IMG/VR virus record: IMGVR_UViG_3300049215_000529
Coordinates: 62,001 to 126,000 of that record
Length of the DNA: 64,000 nucleotides
Strand: one strand, 5' to 3'
Shown piece after piece: positions 1 to 9,052 of this stretch (position 1 is the stretch's first letter; each line of letters begins with the position of its first letter). The notes beneath the pieces were generated by a model. The model searched no databases and was not told where the DNA came from. It saw only the letters and a program-made list of their open reading frames with translations. The translations under genes were made by a program, and so were the position numbers.

Positions 1-28
1 TTGATTTCGTCTACACGCAATCTATAAT
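1..28 (+). promoter_or_regulatory. sigma70-like promoter (TTGATT-N16-TATAAT)
   Basis: TTGATT 1-6, perfect TATAAT 23-28; points against the minus-strand genes; window edge limits context. Confidence 0.4.
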
Positions 29-70
29 ACTTAAATAAACGGGTAATAGGAACCGAGTTAGCGCGACGGA

Positions 71-250
71 TTAAATCTTGGTAGAAGGCTTTTCCTGAAG
101 AAGGCATTGCAAAATCTCCAGCTTCCCCTGGTGTCTCGCCCGAGCTAAAGGATCCGGTTGTATTTGGTAATGGGCACATAATTGTGAATATTTACTAAAA
201 TTATCTTTCTCTTCGGAAATTAATGACAATAGTAGTTCTTTGGTTATCAT
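71..250 (-). CDS. hypothetical protein
   Basis: ORF track 71..361; start moved to ATG 250 (MITKELL) to avoid overlap with 258..770. Confidence 0.5.
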   Translation of the reverse strand: MITKELLLSLISEEKDNFSKYSQLCAHYQIQPDPLARARHQGKLEILQCLLQEKPSTKI

Positions 251-257
251 AGCCAAG

Positions 258-770
258 TTATTCACTCTTTTTATTGGCGTCAAGTGCCTTAGAAATTTCT
301 TTTGAAATCGTTTCGGATAATGTGGCTGGATTTGTTCTTTTTTCCAATTGCAATACTGCATATTCTAACTTATTAATTTTGTCTCGCTGTTTAAAAACAG
401 TTCTCATCAATAAAGTAATCCAGCCCAATGATCCCATGCCTTCCTGCTCTGCTGGATCATTATTGATATCAATTGCAAGCTGGACCATCTTGGTCATGAT
501 TTCTTTTTCCATTTCATTTTGGAAAATATTCTTATTTTCTGGCAGAGTTTTATCTGCTAAGCATTTGTTAAACTGTGTTGCCAAGTCTGCGGCGCGGACT
601 CTGTATCCAGATTTACGCTCTTCACTGTTTTTAACTTTACGATCCAAATCCTCTTGAGTAGGCTTCTTTGGCATAGAATCGAAGATAGACTTCTGGCTGC
701 TAACATTTTTTAGACCAAGCTTCTGCGATTGTACAGAAGGCTGCTCAGTATCTTCTTCGTCAAATGGCAT
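258..770 (-). CDS. hypothetical protein, coiled-coil rich
   Basis: 170-aa ORF, AGG upstream, tightly packed minus-strand run. Confidence 0.7.
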   Translation of the reverse strand: MPFDEEDTEQPSVQSQKLGLKNVSSQKSIFDSMPKKPTQEDLDRKVKNSEERKSGYRVRAADLATQFNKCLADKTLPENKNIFQNEMEKEIMTKMVQLAIDINNDPAEQEGMGSLGWITLLMRTVFKQRDKINKLEYAVLQLEKRTNPATLSETISKEISKALDANKKSE

Positions 771-780
771 GTGACCTCAA

Positions 781-1149
781 TTATTTCTTAGTGAGCGGAG
801 TAACAGCGCGCGAGACAATTAGAAATCTATCTGCTAGCTCCACCACATAAGCTTTACCAACAGCAACTTCCAATGAGGGAAGAACTGCAGTAGAAGTAGC
901 AGTTAAATACAACTTGCTAGGCTCAATGTTTACTGGAGTAGCATGCATATGGACTTTCTGATCTGGAAGGGCAAACATTTCGATGCTCTTATCCTTAATC
1001 TCATTCCAAATAGTACCTGCTTCAGTTCCAGCTAAAGATGTTGCAACTTGCTCCGCTTTAGTTTGATGTGCGGCTTGTGCTTGTTGCGCTAAGGTTGGTT
1101 CTTTTCCAGTCTTCTTCTTACTCATGATATTCTCCAAATTTATGGGCAT
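781..1149 (-). CDS. hypothetical protein
   Basis: 122-aa ORF preceded by CTGATATATA motif 8 nt upstream. Confidence 0.7.
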   Translation of the reverse strand: MPINLENIMSKKKTGKEPTLAQQAQAAHQTKAEQVATSLAGTEAGTIWNEIKDKSIEMFALPDQKVHMHATPVNIEPSKLYLTATSTAVLPSLEVAVGKAYVVELADRFLIVSRAVTPLTKK

Positions 1150-1156
1150 TCAGTTA

Positions 1157-1456
1157 TTATATATCAGCAAATGCGCTCCTCAATGCGCTCGTCATAACCA
1201 AACCATTAATCCTTTTAACTTCTGCTCCATCTACTAAAATCAAAACACTAGGAATTGATTCTATATTGAAGCGACGACATAATCCTTTAAAATGGTCTAC
1301 ATCTATGGCAAAGAATCCAATGTCTTTATGTTTTTCTTCTATCTTTTCAATTATATTAAGCATTTTCTTATGAAAAGGCATCCAGGATGCATAAAAATAG
1401 ATGGATTGCACTTTTTTATTAAAAGTTAAATCGACTTCTTGAGTTAAAAACAACAT
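1157..1456 (-). CDS. thioredoxin-fold protein lacking CXXC
   Basis: FYASW-MPFH in place of WCxxC; IDVD...FNIESIPS...GAEVKRING thioredoxin pattern. Confidence 0.75.
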   Translation of the reverse strand: MLFLTQEVDLTFNKKVQSIYFYASWMPFHKKMLNIIEKIEEKHKDIGFFAIDVDHFKGLCRRFNIESIPSVLILVDGAEVKRINGLVMTSALRSAFADI

Positions 1457-1689
1457 CAGTTATCGGTGCTTTTCTTGTTAAGATTTTTGATAATTTCATC
1501 AATATTACCGGAAACTTGTGCCTTTTCTAAAATAACTCTAGAAAGCTGATCATTCAATTTCTTTATTTCTTGATTAAGGGCGTCTTGTGTAACTACACCG
1601 GCAGCAATTAATACATTTTCAAGCGCTTTAAGTCTAATCAAAGCCTCAGCAACCAACATTTCACTTGGTAATTCTTTTTCTTTTTCCAT
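1456..1689 (-). CDS. hypothetical protein
   Basis: ORF track 1456..1710; GAAGG-preceded ATG at 1689 preferred. Confidence 0.6.
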   Translation of the reverse strand: MEKEKELPSEMLVAEALIRLKALENVLIAAGVVTQDALNQEIKKLNDQLSRVILEKAQVSGNIDEIIKNLNKKSTDN

Positions 1690-2228
1690 TATAATACCTT
1701 CCCGCAACACTTTTTATATTTCTTCCCAGAGCCACAAATGCATGGCTGATTAGGTCCCACCTTGGTTTTATTGATAACGGGCGCGATTTTAGGAATGGCA
1801 CGATCCATAAACAAAGTGGAACTAAGATGATCAATTTCGTGCTGGCATACCACTGCCAATAAGCCAGTTGCTACGAAACTGTACGGCTCTACTAAATTGT
1901 TAGTAACATGTACTTCTTGAAAACGGGTGGTGTCTTCTGTGCGACCAGGAAAAGATAAACATCCCTCCTGTCTAAACATCAGGGGATCATATCCATTTTG
2001 GATTTTAGCATTCACTAAATTTAGGTCCAATCCTTTACCCAGCCTGATAATTGCAATATTTTTAGCAATACCTATTTGTGGCGCCGCTAACCCAATGCCA
2101 CCCTTACCCAATCGGTTGGCTTGATTAAGCTCATTTTCTAGAGTAGCAATTAAGGAACCCACTTCATCAAGTGAAACATCCTCACATTTGACGCGGAGCG
2201 CCTCTTCATTATTCGTAATAATCATCAC
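1689..2228 (-). CDS. def: peptide deformylase with C-terminal SEC-C zinc motif
   Basis: [19 protein letters not shown] motifs; C-terminal [18 protein letters not shown]. Confidence 0.93.
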   Translation of the reverse strand: MMIITNNEEALRVKCEDVSLDEVGSLIATLENELNQANRLGKGGIGLAAPQIGIAKNIAIIRLGKGLDLNLVNAKIQNGYDPLMFRQEGCLSFPGRTEDTTRFQEVHVTNNLVEPYSFVATGLLAVVCQHEIDHLSSTLFMDRAIPKIAPVINKTKVGPNQPCICGSGKKYKKCCGKVL

Positions 2229-2247
2229 TTACCTATATATCAGTTGC

Positions 2248-2454
2248 CTATTTTCTACCGCCACACCCACAACCTCTGTGTCGGTTCCTCTCCGCAGCAC
2301 TTATTATTCTTTTGAGGCAGGCGGCGCATTGCTTGTTGTTTGCAGAACAAACTTCGCATAGCACAGCTATTGATATAAAAACAGTCTGTTGACAGCGGAC
2401 ACAAGCCTTCTTAGTATTGACAGAAGCGAGCTTAGAACAATTTTCGCATAACAT
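2248..2454 (-). CDS. small Cys-rich zinc-finger protein
   Basis: four CxxC pairs plus C-terminal GCGCG in 68 aa. Confidence 0.65.
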   Translation of the reverse strand: MLCENCSKLASVNTKKACVRCQQTVFISIAVLCEVCSANNKQCAACLKRIISAAERNRHRGCGCGGRK

Positions 2455-2499
2455 AGTGATCCTTATTACTATGCAGGCATATTAACTATGGAGGTTAGC

Positions 2500-2655
2500 A
2501 TGGATATCTTTGACCCTTTGTATGATCCTAAGATCCAACAAAAGAAAGAGTGGGAACCTGAACCTCTATACATCGAACTGGGACCGCCGCCACCAGTAGA
2601 GAAAAAGAAAGACGAAGAGGAAACGCCTCGCGTCATTATCATAGAAATATTATGA
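2500..2655 (+). CDS. small Pro/acidic protein (51 aa; not in ORF track)
   Basis: GGAGG then ATG; MDIFDPLYDPKIQQKKEWEPEPLYIELGPPPPVEKKKDEEETPRVIIIEIL. Confidence 0.6.
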   Translation: MDIFDPLYDPKIQQKKEWEPEPLYIELGPPPPVEKKKDEEETPRVIIIEIL

Positions 2656-2799
2656 TGTGCGCCAGTTTATCTCAAAACTAACCGCATACTTGCCGGGCAC
2701 TTTCCACCATGCAACTCTAAAGAATGCAAATTGGATTTTGTTTACACCTATCCACTTGAATCCGAAACGATTCAGTGTCAATTCAAAATCAACAACCAT
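2650..2799 (-). CDS. small aromatic-rich protein (49 aa; not in ORF track)
   Basis: AAGG then ATG directly after 2805..3050; MVVDFELTLNRFGFKWIG...EINWRTS. Confidence 0.5.
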   Translation of the reverse strand: MVVDFELTLNRFGFKWIGVNKIQFAFFRVAWWKVPGKYAVSFEINWRTS

Positions 2800-2804
2800 T
2801 AACC

Positions 2805-3050
2805 TTATTTCTTTCTAGAATCAAGAATATCTTGTACTTCACCAAATAATTGACGAGTACCAGAAGCTTTCAAATAGCCATTTACGATCTCACGAACCTG
2901 ACGATAGTCTTCGGCTGGATCAGAACTCTCAAGGCATGCTTGGCAAACCTTAAAAGAGGTGACGTTGATTTTAGACAAAGCGACGCTTTCCAGCTCGTCT
3001 GGGTCAAATTCATTGGCACAAATTATGCAGTTACAGCTTACCGAGGTCAT
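2805..3050 (-). CDS. small zinc-binding hypothetical protein
   Basis: CIIC and CQAC pairs; CCGATATATA motif 9 nt upstream. Confidence 0.65.
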   Translation of the reverse strand: MTSVSCNCIICANEFDPDELESVALSKINVTSFKVCQACLESSDPAEDYRQVREIVNGYLKASGTRQLFGEVQDILDSRKK

Positions 3051-3102
3051 GGTCCATCCTATATATCGGGAGACTATATAGTATTCGGTAATATTGCATG
3101 AT

Positions 3103-3137
3103 TGAAGGAGTTAATGTAAGTTACATTAACTCCTTCA
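3103..3137. terminator. 17-bp perfect inverted repeat, probable terminator
   Basis: TGAAGGAGTTAATGTAA-G-TTACATTAACTCCTTCA followed by TTTTT on + strand. Confidence 0.55.
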
Positions 3138-3182
3138 TTTTTGATGCTTTAATCACTATTCCATTAGAAATGGTGAATTTTA

Positions 3183-3695
3183 TTAGGAATTACCCAAGAA
3201 ATCATCCCAATCTGGATGCCAATGCTCTTGTGGGTCAGCAACATAATGCTGTGCAGAAAAAGATGGATGGGTAGGTCTCTTTAGCAATACCATGCTAGCT
3301 TGTTCTGGCGTTCTATCTGCCTTTTTGTTGTTACAAATCTGGCAACAAACTACACAGTTAGTGAAGGACGTGATGCCTCCCTGTGCTCTTGGCAGAACAT
3401 GGTCGATGGTAATTTGGGACGCAGTTAGCTTCTTACCACAGTATTGGCAAGTGCTTCTGTCTCTTTTAACCAAAGCTTTACGGCTGAAATTAGAATTGAA
3501 GTAATTTCTTTTAACGTGATTCTTCAATCTCAAAACAGATGGGTGCTTAATCTTTCCTTGACCCCAAACGATCTTGTCATCCCAATTGGAAATGACTTCA
3601 ACCTTGTCTTTGAACAAAAGTTTGAAGACCTTGCGCTCAGGTATAAATGCGATCACTTCATAAGACGCATTAAGTAATAACGTTTTCTTATTCAT
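3183..3695 (-). CDS. HNH endonuclease (McrA-like)
   Basis: RDRSTCQYCG...TIDHVLPRAQGG...NCVVCCQICNNKK. Confidence 0.9.
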   Translation of the reverse strand: MNKKTLLLNASYEVIAFIPERKVFKLLFKDKVEVISNWDDKIVWGQGKIKHPSVLRLKNHVKRNYFNSNFSRKALVKRDRSTCQYCGKKLTASQITIDHVLPRAQGGITSFTNCVVCCQICNNKKADRTPEQASMVLLKRPTHPSFSAQHYVADPQEHWHPDWDDFLGNS

Positions 3696-4434
3696 CTTCT
3701 ATTGCCATCGATTAGATTTTGCTTTGCTGATAGCGGGCGTAAATTATTCAACGCCCAACACTTTTTGAAATTGTCGTCTTCCATACTTGAATATGGCAAT
3801 GAGGAATGTGGAATTATATGATCTATATTCCAAGTCCATGTTGTAGGAGCATTATCGTCCCAATTTTTACGATCATACTTCCCTTGATTATCCCATGTCA
3901 TCCACGGCTCAAACTGTTTTTCTTTTTCAAGAAACCAAATATGGCGGTAGATAAGTTCATCCTTAATCTAAAGAAAGGATCGGTATCATATCGTAGCTTT
4001 TGATTTTTATTTCTTTCTTCTTTGTGAGAGAGTCGATACTGTTCTCTTGTAGCCCTACACATCTCAAAATTATTTTCGTAATACTCTTTCTGATTTTCAA
4101 GAATGACTTCTTTGTTCTCTTCGTAATACTGTTTTCTATTTTCCTTCAGTTTATCCGCATTTTCAGTAGCATACTCACGAACTCGACTCTTTATTTCTTC
4201 TTTGTTTTCTTGGTAATACTTGGCATTCTTTTCTTTGAAGAGCGGCTTATTAGCTTCATAAATCGGTTTTTTATTGTCCTGATAATACTGTCTATCATAT
4301 TCTTGTTGTTCTGCTTTATGGTCATAACGATATTGTTTATCACAATCTTTACATTGCGATTTTAGATAGCCTTTACCGCCCTTACTAAAACAACTTTCAT
4401 CTTTTGGTAGCCCGCATTTAGAACAAATCTTCAT
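3692..4434 (-). pseudogene. HNH-type endonuclease split by an internal frameshifting deletion
   Basis: N-part 3898..4434 (CSKC, CKDC, YxExN repeats) and C-part 3692..3901 (WNIDHIIP...NLRPL); second frame reads EKQFEPWMTW at the junction; paralog at 23874 has about 25 extra aa here. Confidence 0.8.
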
Positions 4435-4889
4435 TTGATATTTGTTAGATCAATTACCGGCATACAAAACAATTTGCCATGCTTATCTCTGTGGCTTTCT
4501 TCGCCAAAATAAAATTCAATTGTTATTTTAGCTTGTGTTGGCTTTGTATCTGAGAATTTTTTCATTTCTACACTAGGCTCTACCAAACCCATTGATGTTG
4601 GTAGTCCATTTTCATTAAGATTTTCATAATCAAAACCTTCATATGGTATACCATTTGCCTCTTGTTGATAAGCACATGCTTCCAATGCCTTATCTACGAC
4701 ATCATGTACCGCTTTCTTAACTTGCTCTGAATTAATTATTGATTTAGGCATATTATCTAGTCCTTTTCTAATTAGAGTTCTAACCAGAGCAGAAAATGAG
4801 GTATGTTCTTTTTCTGATAATTTGCGAGCTAACTCTTCAATTTCTTGAATTGTCGCCTTATCAATTCTCAATAATTTTGGAATCAACAT
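4431..4889 (-). CDS. hypothetical protein with N-terminal ribbon-helix-helix-like segment
   Basis: LRID...IEELARK...SFSALVRTLIRKGL resembles CopG/RHH. Confidence 0.55.
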   Translation of the reverse strand: MLIPKLLRIDKATIQEIEELARKLSEKEHTSFSALVRTLIRKGLDNMPKSIINSEQVKKAVHDVVDKALEACAYQQEANGIPYEGFDYENLNENGLPTSMGLVEPSVEMKKFSDTKPTQAKITIEFYFGEESHRDKHGKLFCMPVIDLTNIK

Positions 4890-4905
4890 TTTTTCTCCGA
4901 TATAT

Positions 4906-4933
4906 ATTGTATATCGCTTTATTGATATGTCAA
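4906..4933 (-). promoter_or_regulatory. sigma70-like promoter TTGACA-N16-TACAAT with overlapping palindrome
   Basis: -35 at 4933-4928, -10 at 4911-4906; CGATATA-N5-TATATCG at 4898-4916. Confidence 0.65.
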
Positions 4934-5004
4934 ATTAAAAATAATTTGCCTTGACATGACGACACAATAATCCTTGGAAATTGAACGGTCAAGGGATACT
5001 AATA

Positions 5005-5733
5005 TTATAAATTAGCGAGTGAGTCCCTGATATCCTCGCCGTAACAAACCTCATTGCCTAAGCAAGTCCAGTCTGGACGAACACGACGAGCAAATAATTC
5101 AAGCTTATCACTCTTTGGAAACATAATCTCCAATGAATCCTGCAATGTCTCGGGCTTAGCTGAATGTTTCAAATTTTCAGCGAAACATACAGAGCGCTGA
5201 GATTTGTTGGCTAGTTGCTTGTATATCTTGTTATTGCTGGTTCCTATTAAACAAATTTCATGAGTCTGTCTAAATAAACGACCCATTCCAAAAGCTAATA
5301 CATTATCAAGTGATAATTCTTTAAAAGAGTTAATAAAATAATTTTGCCAAACCTTTAACTTATATTTATCACTATTAGAAACACCTGGTCGCTTTTCAAG
5401 TAAATAACCAGTTGATATTATATCTTTTAGGAGTCCTGGCAAAAAAGATTTAAACGATTCTTTTTTATTCTTAACCCAAATATAAGTTTGTTTATGATGG
5501 AAACCCCAAGCACTCATGGTATCTAAACCTTCTTGCAATAGCGAGGATGGAACCCATAAAGCCAAGATGCTACCAGAAGGCGAGATAAAGTCTTTTACTG
5601 GCAACTGCTTAATATCAGAAATTGACATGGTGCTGTAGTTAGCCTTGGCACCACGTTTAACATCTGACATCTTTAAAGAATCAGAAAACGACCACGGCGG
5701 GTCTGCAACTATAACCCCAAATTTCTTACTCAT
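5005..5733 (-). CDS. MT-A70 family N6-adenine methyltransferase
   Basis: VIVADPPWSF, LALWV, HSAKPE, LELFARR. Confidence 0.88.
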   Translation of the reverse strand: MSKKFGVIVADPPWSFSDSLKMSDVKRGAKANYSTMSISDIKQLPVKDFISPSGSILALWVPSSLLQEGLDTMSAWGFHHKQTYIWVKNKKESFKSFLPGLLKDIISTGYLLEKRPGVSNSDKYKLKVWQNYFINSFKELSLDNVLAFGMGRLFRQTHEICLIGTSNNKIYKQLANKSQRSVCFAENLKHSAKPETLQDSLEIMFPKSDKLELFARRVRPDWTCLGNEVCYGEDIRDSLANL

Positions 5734-5746
5734 ATGTAAACCTAAA

Positions 5747-6565
5747 TTATGACTTAATAATCATGACTTGTAACTCCAATGGAGATACGCTGCCATCAAC
5801 TTCAACATCTTGAACTGCTTCAATCTTTTCTTTGGTTAAAGACTCTCGTTTGCGAACAGTGACTCTATATCCGCCAATAGGTAAAGCAGCTTGCCATTTA
5901 CCAGTTCCATTGGTTCTAGTTTTAGAAACCGTCTCTCCACTTGAGTGAGAAACAATCTCTACATCCGCCAAAAACACGGAGTTACCACTTTTATTAACTA
6001 CACGTTGTTGAACTGGAATAGCATTTTGCGCTAAAGCTGGATGTGCTAATTTAGTTTTAGTTGGCGCTGTTTTGTTGGTAGCTTCGGGTGGAACAAAAGC
6101 TTCCGCTTGTGGACCTCTTCCTGGTGGTGCCTTAGGAAGTTGAACTGGATATTTGTGAGTTTCTTCTGGTTCGGATTTTGGTAAATAAGCATTATCGCCC
6201 TCAAAAGTTTCTGGCCTAGAAGTTCTCCTAAATCCTTTTGGAGAATTCTCTAGTGGCAGTTTATTATCTGCAGAAATGGGAACTCGTCTTTCAGGATCAA
6301 ATGGTATGTTAGAACCTTGCTTTTCAGAATCAAGTGGAACGCTCTGGTTTTGATAGCGCCAAGTTTGCGGCGGAACCTGTACAGCCTCTACCGTAATTTT
6401 TGGTGGACCAGCTGATAGTTTTTCCACAATCTGCATTACTTCATTTAACTTATTAGAAACGATCTTAAGACTTAAATCTTGAGAGCGAACAATACCAATT
6501 AGAACCTTAATATCAGATTCTAGTTCTAGCAACACATCAGAAGCTTTTCTTTTTTCGTCGGTCAT
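5747..6565 (-). CDS. hypothetical protein: coiled coil, Pro-rich linker, C-terminal beta-sandwich-like domain
   Basis: 272-aa ORF; C-terminal VVNKSG..LADVEIV..TNGTGKWQAALPIGGYRVTV resembles carboxypeptidase-regulatory-like folds. Confidence 0.65.
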   Translation of the reverse strand: MTDEKRKASDVLLELESDIKVLIGIVRSQDLSLKIVSNKLNEVMQIVEKLSAGPPKITVEAVQVPPQTWRYQNQSVPLDSEKQGSNIPFDPERRVPISADNKLPLENSPKGFRRTSRPETFEGDNAYLPKSEPEETHKYPVQLPKAPPGRGPQAEAFVPPEATNKTAPTKTKLAHPALAQNAIPVQQRVVNKSGNSVFLADVEIVSHSSGETVSKTRTNGTGKWQAALPIGGYRVTVRKRESLTKEKIEAVQDVEVDGSVSPLELQVMIIKS

Positions 6566-6576
6566 AGAAACTCCTA

Positions 6577-7299
6577 TTATTCCAAAAAGAGTCCAATTTT
6601 AAATTTAACTCTTCGTAGGACAGTAATGTCCTCAATTGGCATCGGGTCTCCACCACACAACGGATGCTCTCCAAACACGAGCGCCCTAGTCTGTTCCTGA
6701 ACTGCATCTAAATCACCGGAACAGATGGCTTTGCCATCTACTAGAAGTACAAACTCACCTTCATTTAAGTTCTTTAGAACGGCAGATAAGTACTCTTCAT
6801 GCAATGCATCTTGAAGTTCATTTTCTGTTAAGAAAGTCTTGGCAGGTGGTTGCACCGGAGCATCTTCAACCTCCAAGGGCTCTTCAGAATCGGACTCGCT
6901 AGAAATGCCTAAAGCTGCGTCGCTAACAAAATCATTGTTATCGAGCATCTCTTGGTCAATATCAATATCTTCGGAAAGATCATCAATAATCTCTCCATCT
7001 ACACTGGACCAAGTTTGTTCCATGTTGTTACCAACATTTGGTAATGGTCCTTTACCTCTGCCCACTGGTGATGGCACGGCTTCTGCATAAGGCTGACGCA
7101 TCATAGGTCGTGGGGCACGGGGATTAGTTTTAGGAAGAGGTTGTGGCTTAGTAGCCGCCTCAATACGATAGCTTGCGGATAGCGGACTATTGTATTCCTC
7201 AGGCTCTACGCCCCTCAGTTGATACTGAGGGATGTAGGGCTTTAAGTTGGTCGGTCTATTTCTTTCAGGATTTTTGTAAAGTTTTACTTTTCCAGACAT
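6577..7299 (-). CDS. hypothetical protein, Pro-rich then acidic
   Basis: 240-aa ORF in operon-like run. Confidence 0.7.
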   Translation of the reverse strand: MSGKVKLYKNPERNRPTNLKPYIPQYQLRGVEPEEYNSPLSASYRIEAATKPQPLPKTNPRAPRPMMRQPYAEAVPSPVGRGKGPLPNVGNNMEQTWSSVDGEIIDDLSEDIDIDQEMLDNNDFVSDAALGISSESDSEEPLEVEDAPVQPPAKTFLTENELQDALHEEYLSAVLKNLNEGEFVLLVDGKAICSGDLDAVQEQTRALVFGEHPLCGGDPMPIEDITVLRRVKFKIGLFLE

Positions 7300-7310
7300 A
7301 TTATTTCCAG

Positions 7311-7688
7311 TTATTCTGGAGATACGCTAGACTTGGGGTGGCGCTTGAAAGAAGGCTTATTCTTTCTTTCGTAGAATTGATTTTGACCGGTTGAATCAAT
7401 TTCCAAACGCTTTCTCTTCATCTCGTTACGTTTTCTCCTGTGTTTATCAGATGGCTTCTCGTAAGACTGCTTCTCTTTATAGGTAGAGAGAATGCGTTCT
7501 TTTTGAACGAGGGCTCTAAAGGCGCGGAGGGCTTTGTCAAAATTACCGTGGTAAACTTTGACTTCTAGTGGTTGTGCTTGCACTGGTTGGATATGTGCAA
7601 ATTTGTCGTTGACTTCGACTTGGCTCGATTCACCTCCCCTCGGTGCCTTTTTAAAGTTCTTTCTCGATTTCTTATAATTATCTTTCAT
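7311..7688 (-). CDS. rpsU: ribosomal protein bS21 with N- and C-terminal extensions
   Basis: core VKVYHGNFDKALRAFRALVQKERILSTYKEKQSYEKPSDKHRRKR. Confidence 0.85.
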   Translation of the reverse strand: MKDNYKKSRKNFKKAPRGGESSQVEVNDKFAHIQPVQAQPLEVKVYHGNFDKALRAFRALVQKERILSTYKEKQSYEKPSDKHRRKRNEMKRKRLEIDSTGQNQFYERKNKPSFKRHPKSSVSPE

Positions 7689-7704
7689 TTCTCAATAACC
7701 CGTT

Positions 7705-9021
7705 TTAACCTTTGTTAAAGTATTTGTCCGTGTTAATAGCGTTACCGCTATTTAATATATTTTTATCTTTTACTAAGCGATTAAGTGCATTATCTATATC
7801 TTTTAATGTCGGTGCCTTGCGATTATGAGCCAAAGCCTCGAACATAGATGAGATATACAGCTCTTTCAAATAGGCATAAGAAAACTCATACATCTCTGCA
7901 TACTTAGCAAGCTCTTTACATTTCTTGTTGTCAATGAGATTGCCAAACCATCTCTTTAGATATATATAAGCCATTTTTTGATTTGGTAAGGGAATTTCAA
8001 ATTTTCTATCAAATCGGGATGGTCGTTGGGTAATATTGGCGGTTAGCTTTTTAACTTCATTTGCCGTAGCAATCACCAATAGACCGTTTTTTGTCGAAAT
8101 GCCGTCCATCAAATTTAAGAAGGTTGATTTATCCACTCCCCTCTCAAACAGAGAATCTAGGTCTTCAAAGTACAATAAAGACGGACTTTGTTCTTCGGCA
8201 TATGAAAACGCCTCACGAACCGAGTTGTCATCGGCACCAGGTTCAATTGTAACTGGCTTGAAATTATACTCAGAGATAATGGTGCGAATAATAGAGGTCT
8301 TACCATTACCTGGCTTACCATACAATAGCACGCCACGCTTCCATGGAATCTTCTTTTCCAGATAAAAATCCTTGGATGCCAAGAAATTCTCAACTAAACT
8401 CTTCAAATCATTTTTGATATCGTCGGGCAAGAACATTTGATCCCAAGTAACATCTTTAGTATACGGAATATCATCTCCATCTACTACATGAATGTTAAGA
8501 TTGCTTCTGTCTCTTTGTTGAACCCACTCATCGAACTTATTGCGAAAAACGATATAGTTCTCATAGTCTTTTTCGGACACAAGAACAAAAAAGCTAATCT
8601 CATCTTCATTCTGATTGCCCTTATGAAATAAGGCTGCATGAATAAAATTCACATTTTTTGATGTGATATGGAAAATTCCCTGAACAAAAAACTTTTCATA
8701 ATTGTTCTCAGACTTCCAAGAAATAATAGAGTCTTTCCAAAGACACTCTATCTTCACAGAGTTTTCTTCACAGAACTCTAGGAATTGTCCATCTATGATA
8801 ATTCTGTTATGAACTAACTTCAAAACCGGTTCTTTCAGAACGCCATTAGCAAAATTGTCTTTTGTCCAATTCATCAAGTCTATGAAATTTGCTGGCGGTC
8901 TTGCAGTAATTAAACTAGCAGGACTACATGATGGAGTAAGCGCCTTTAAACGCGATAAAGATAAATGCTCTTGTCTCTCCATATCAACCGGGGTCAAATA
9001 GTCTTTGTTTTTATCTACCAT
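7705..9021 (-). CDS. AAA+ ATPase (Bcs1-like core)
   Basis: KRGVLLYGKPGNGKTS, YFEDLD, ATAN, RPSRFD. Confidence 0.88.
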   Translation of the reverse strand: MVDKNKDYLTPVDMERQEHLSLSRLKALTPSCSPASLITARPPANFIDLMNWTKDNFANGVLKEPVLKLVHNRIIIDGQFLEFCEENSVKIECLWKDSIISWKSENNYEKFFVQGIFHITSKNVNFIHAALFHKGNQNEDEISFFVLVSEKDYENYIVFRNKFDEWVQQRDRSNLNIHVVDGDDIPYTKDVTWDQMFLPDDIKNDLKSLVENFLASKDFYLEKKIPWKRGVLLYGKPGNGKTSIIRTIISEYNFKPVTIEPGADDNSVREAFSYAEEQSPSLLYFEDLDSLFERGVDKSTFLNLMDGISTKNGLLVIATANEVKKLTANITQRPSRFDRKFEIPLPNQKMAYIYLKRWFGNLIDNKKCKELAKYAEMYEFSYAYLKELYISSMFEALAHNRKAPTLKDIDNALNRLVKDKNILNSGNAINTDKYFNKG

Positions 9022-9052
9022 GAAACGATATACTCGTTCTTTCTAAAAATAG

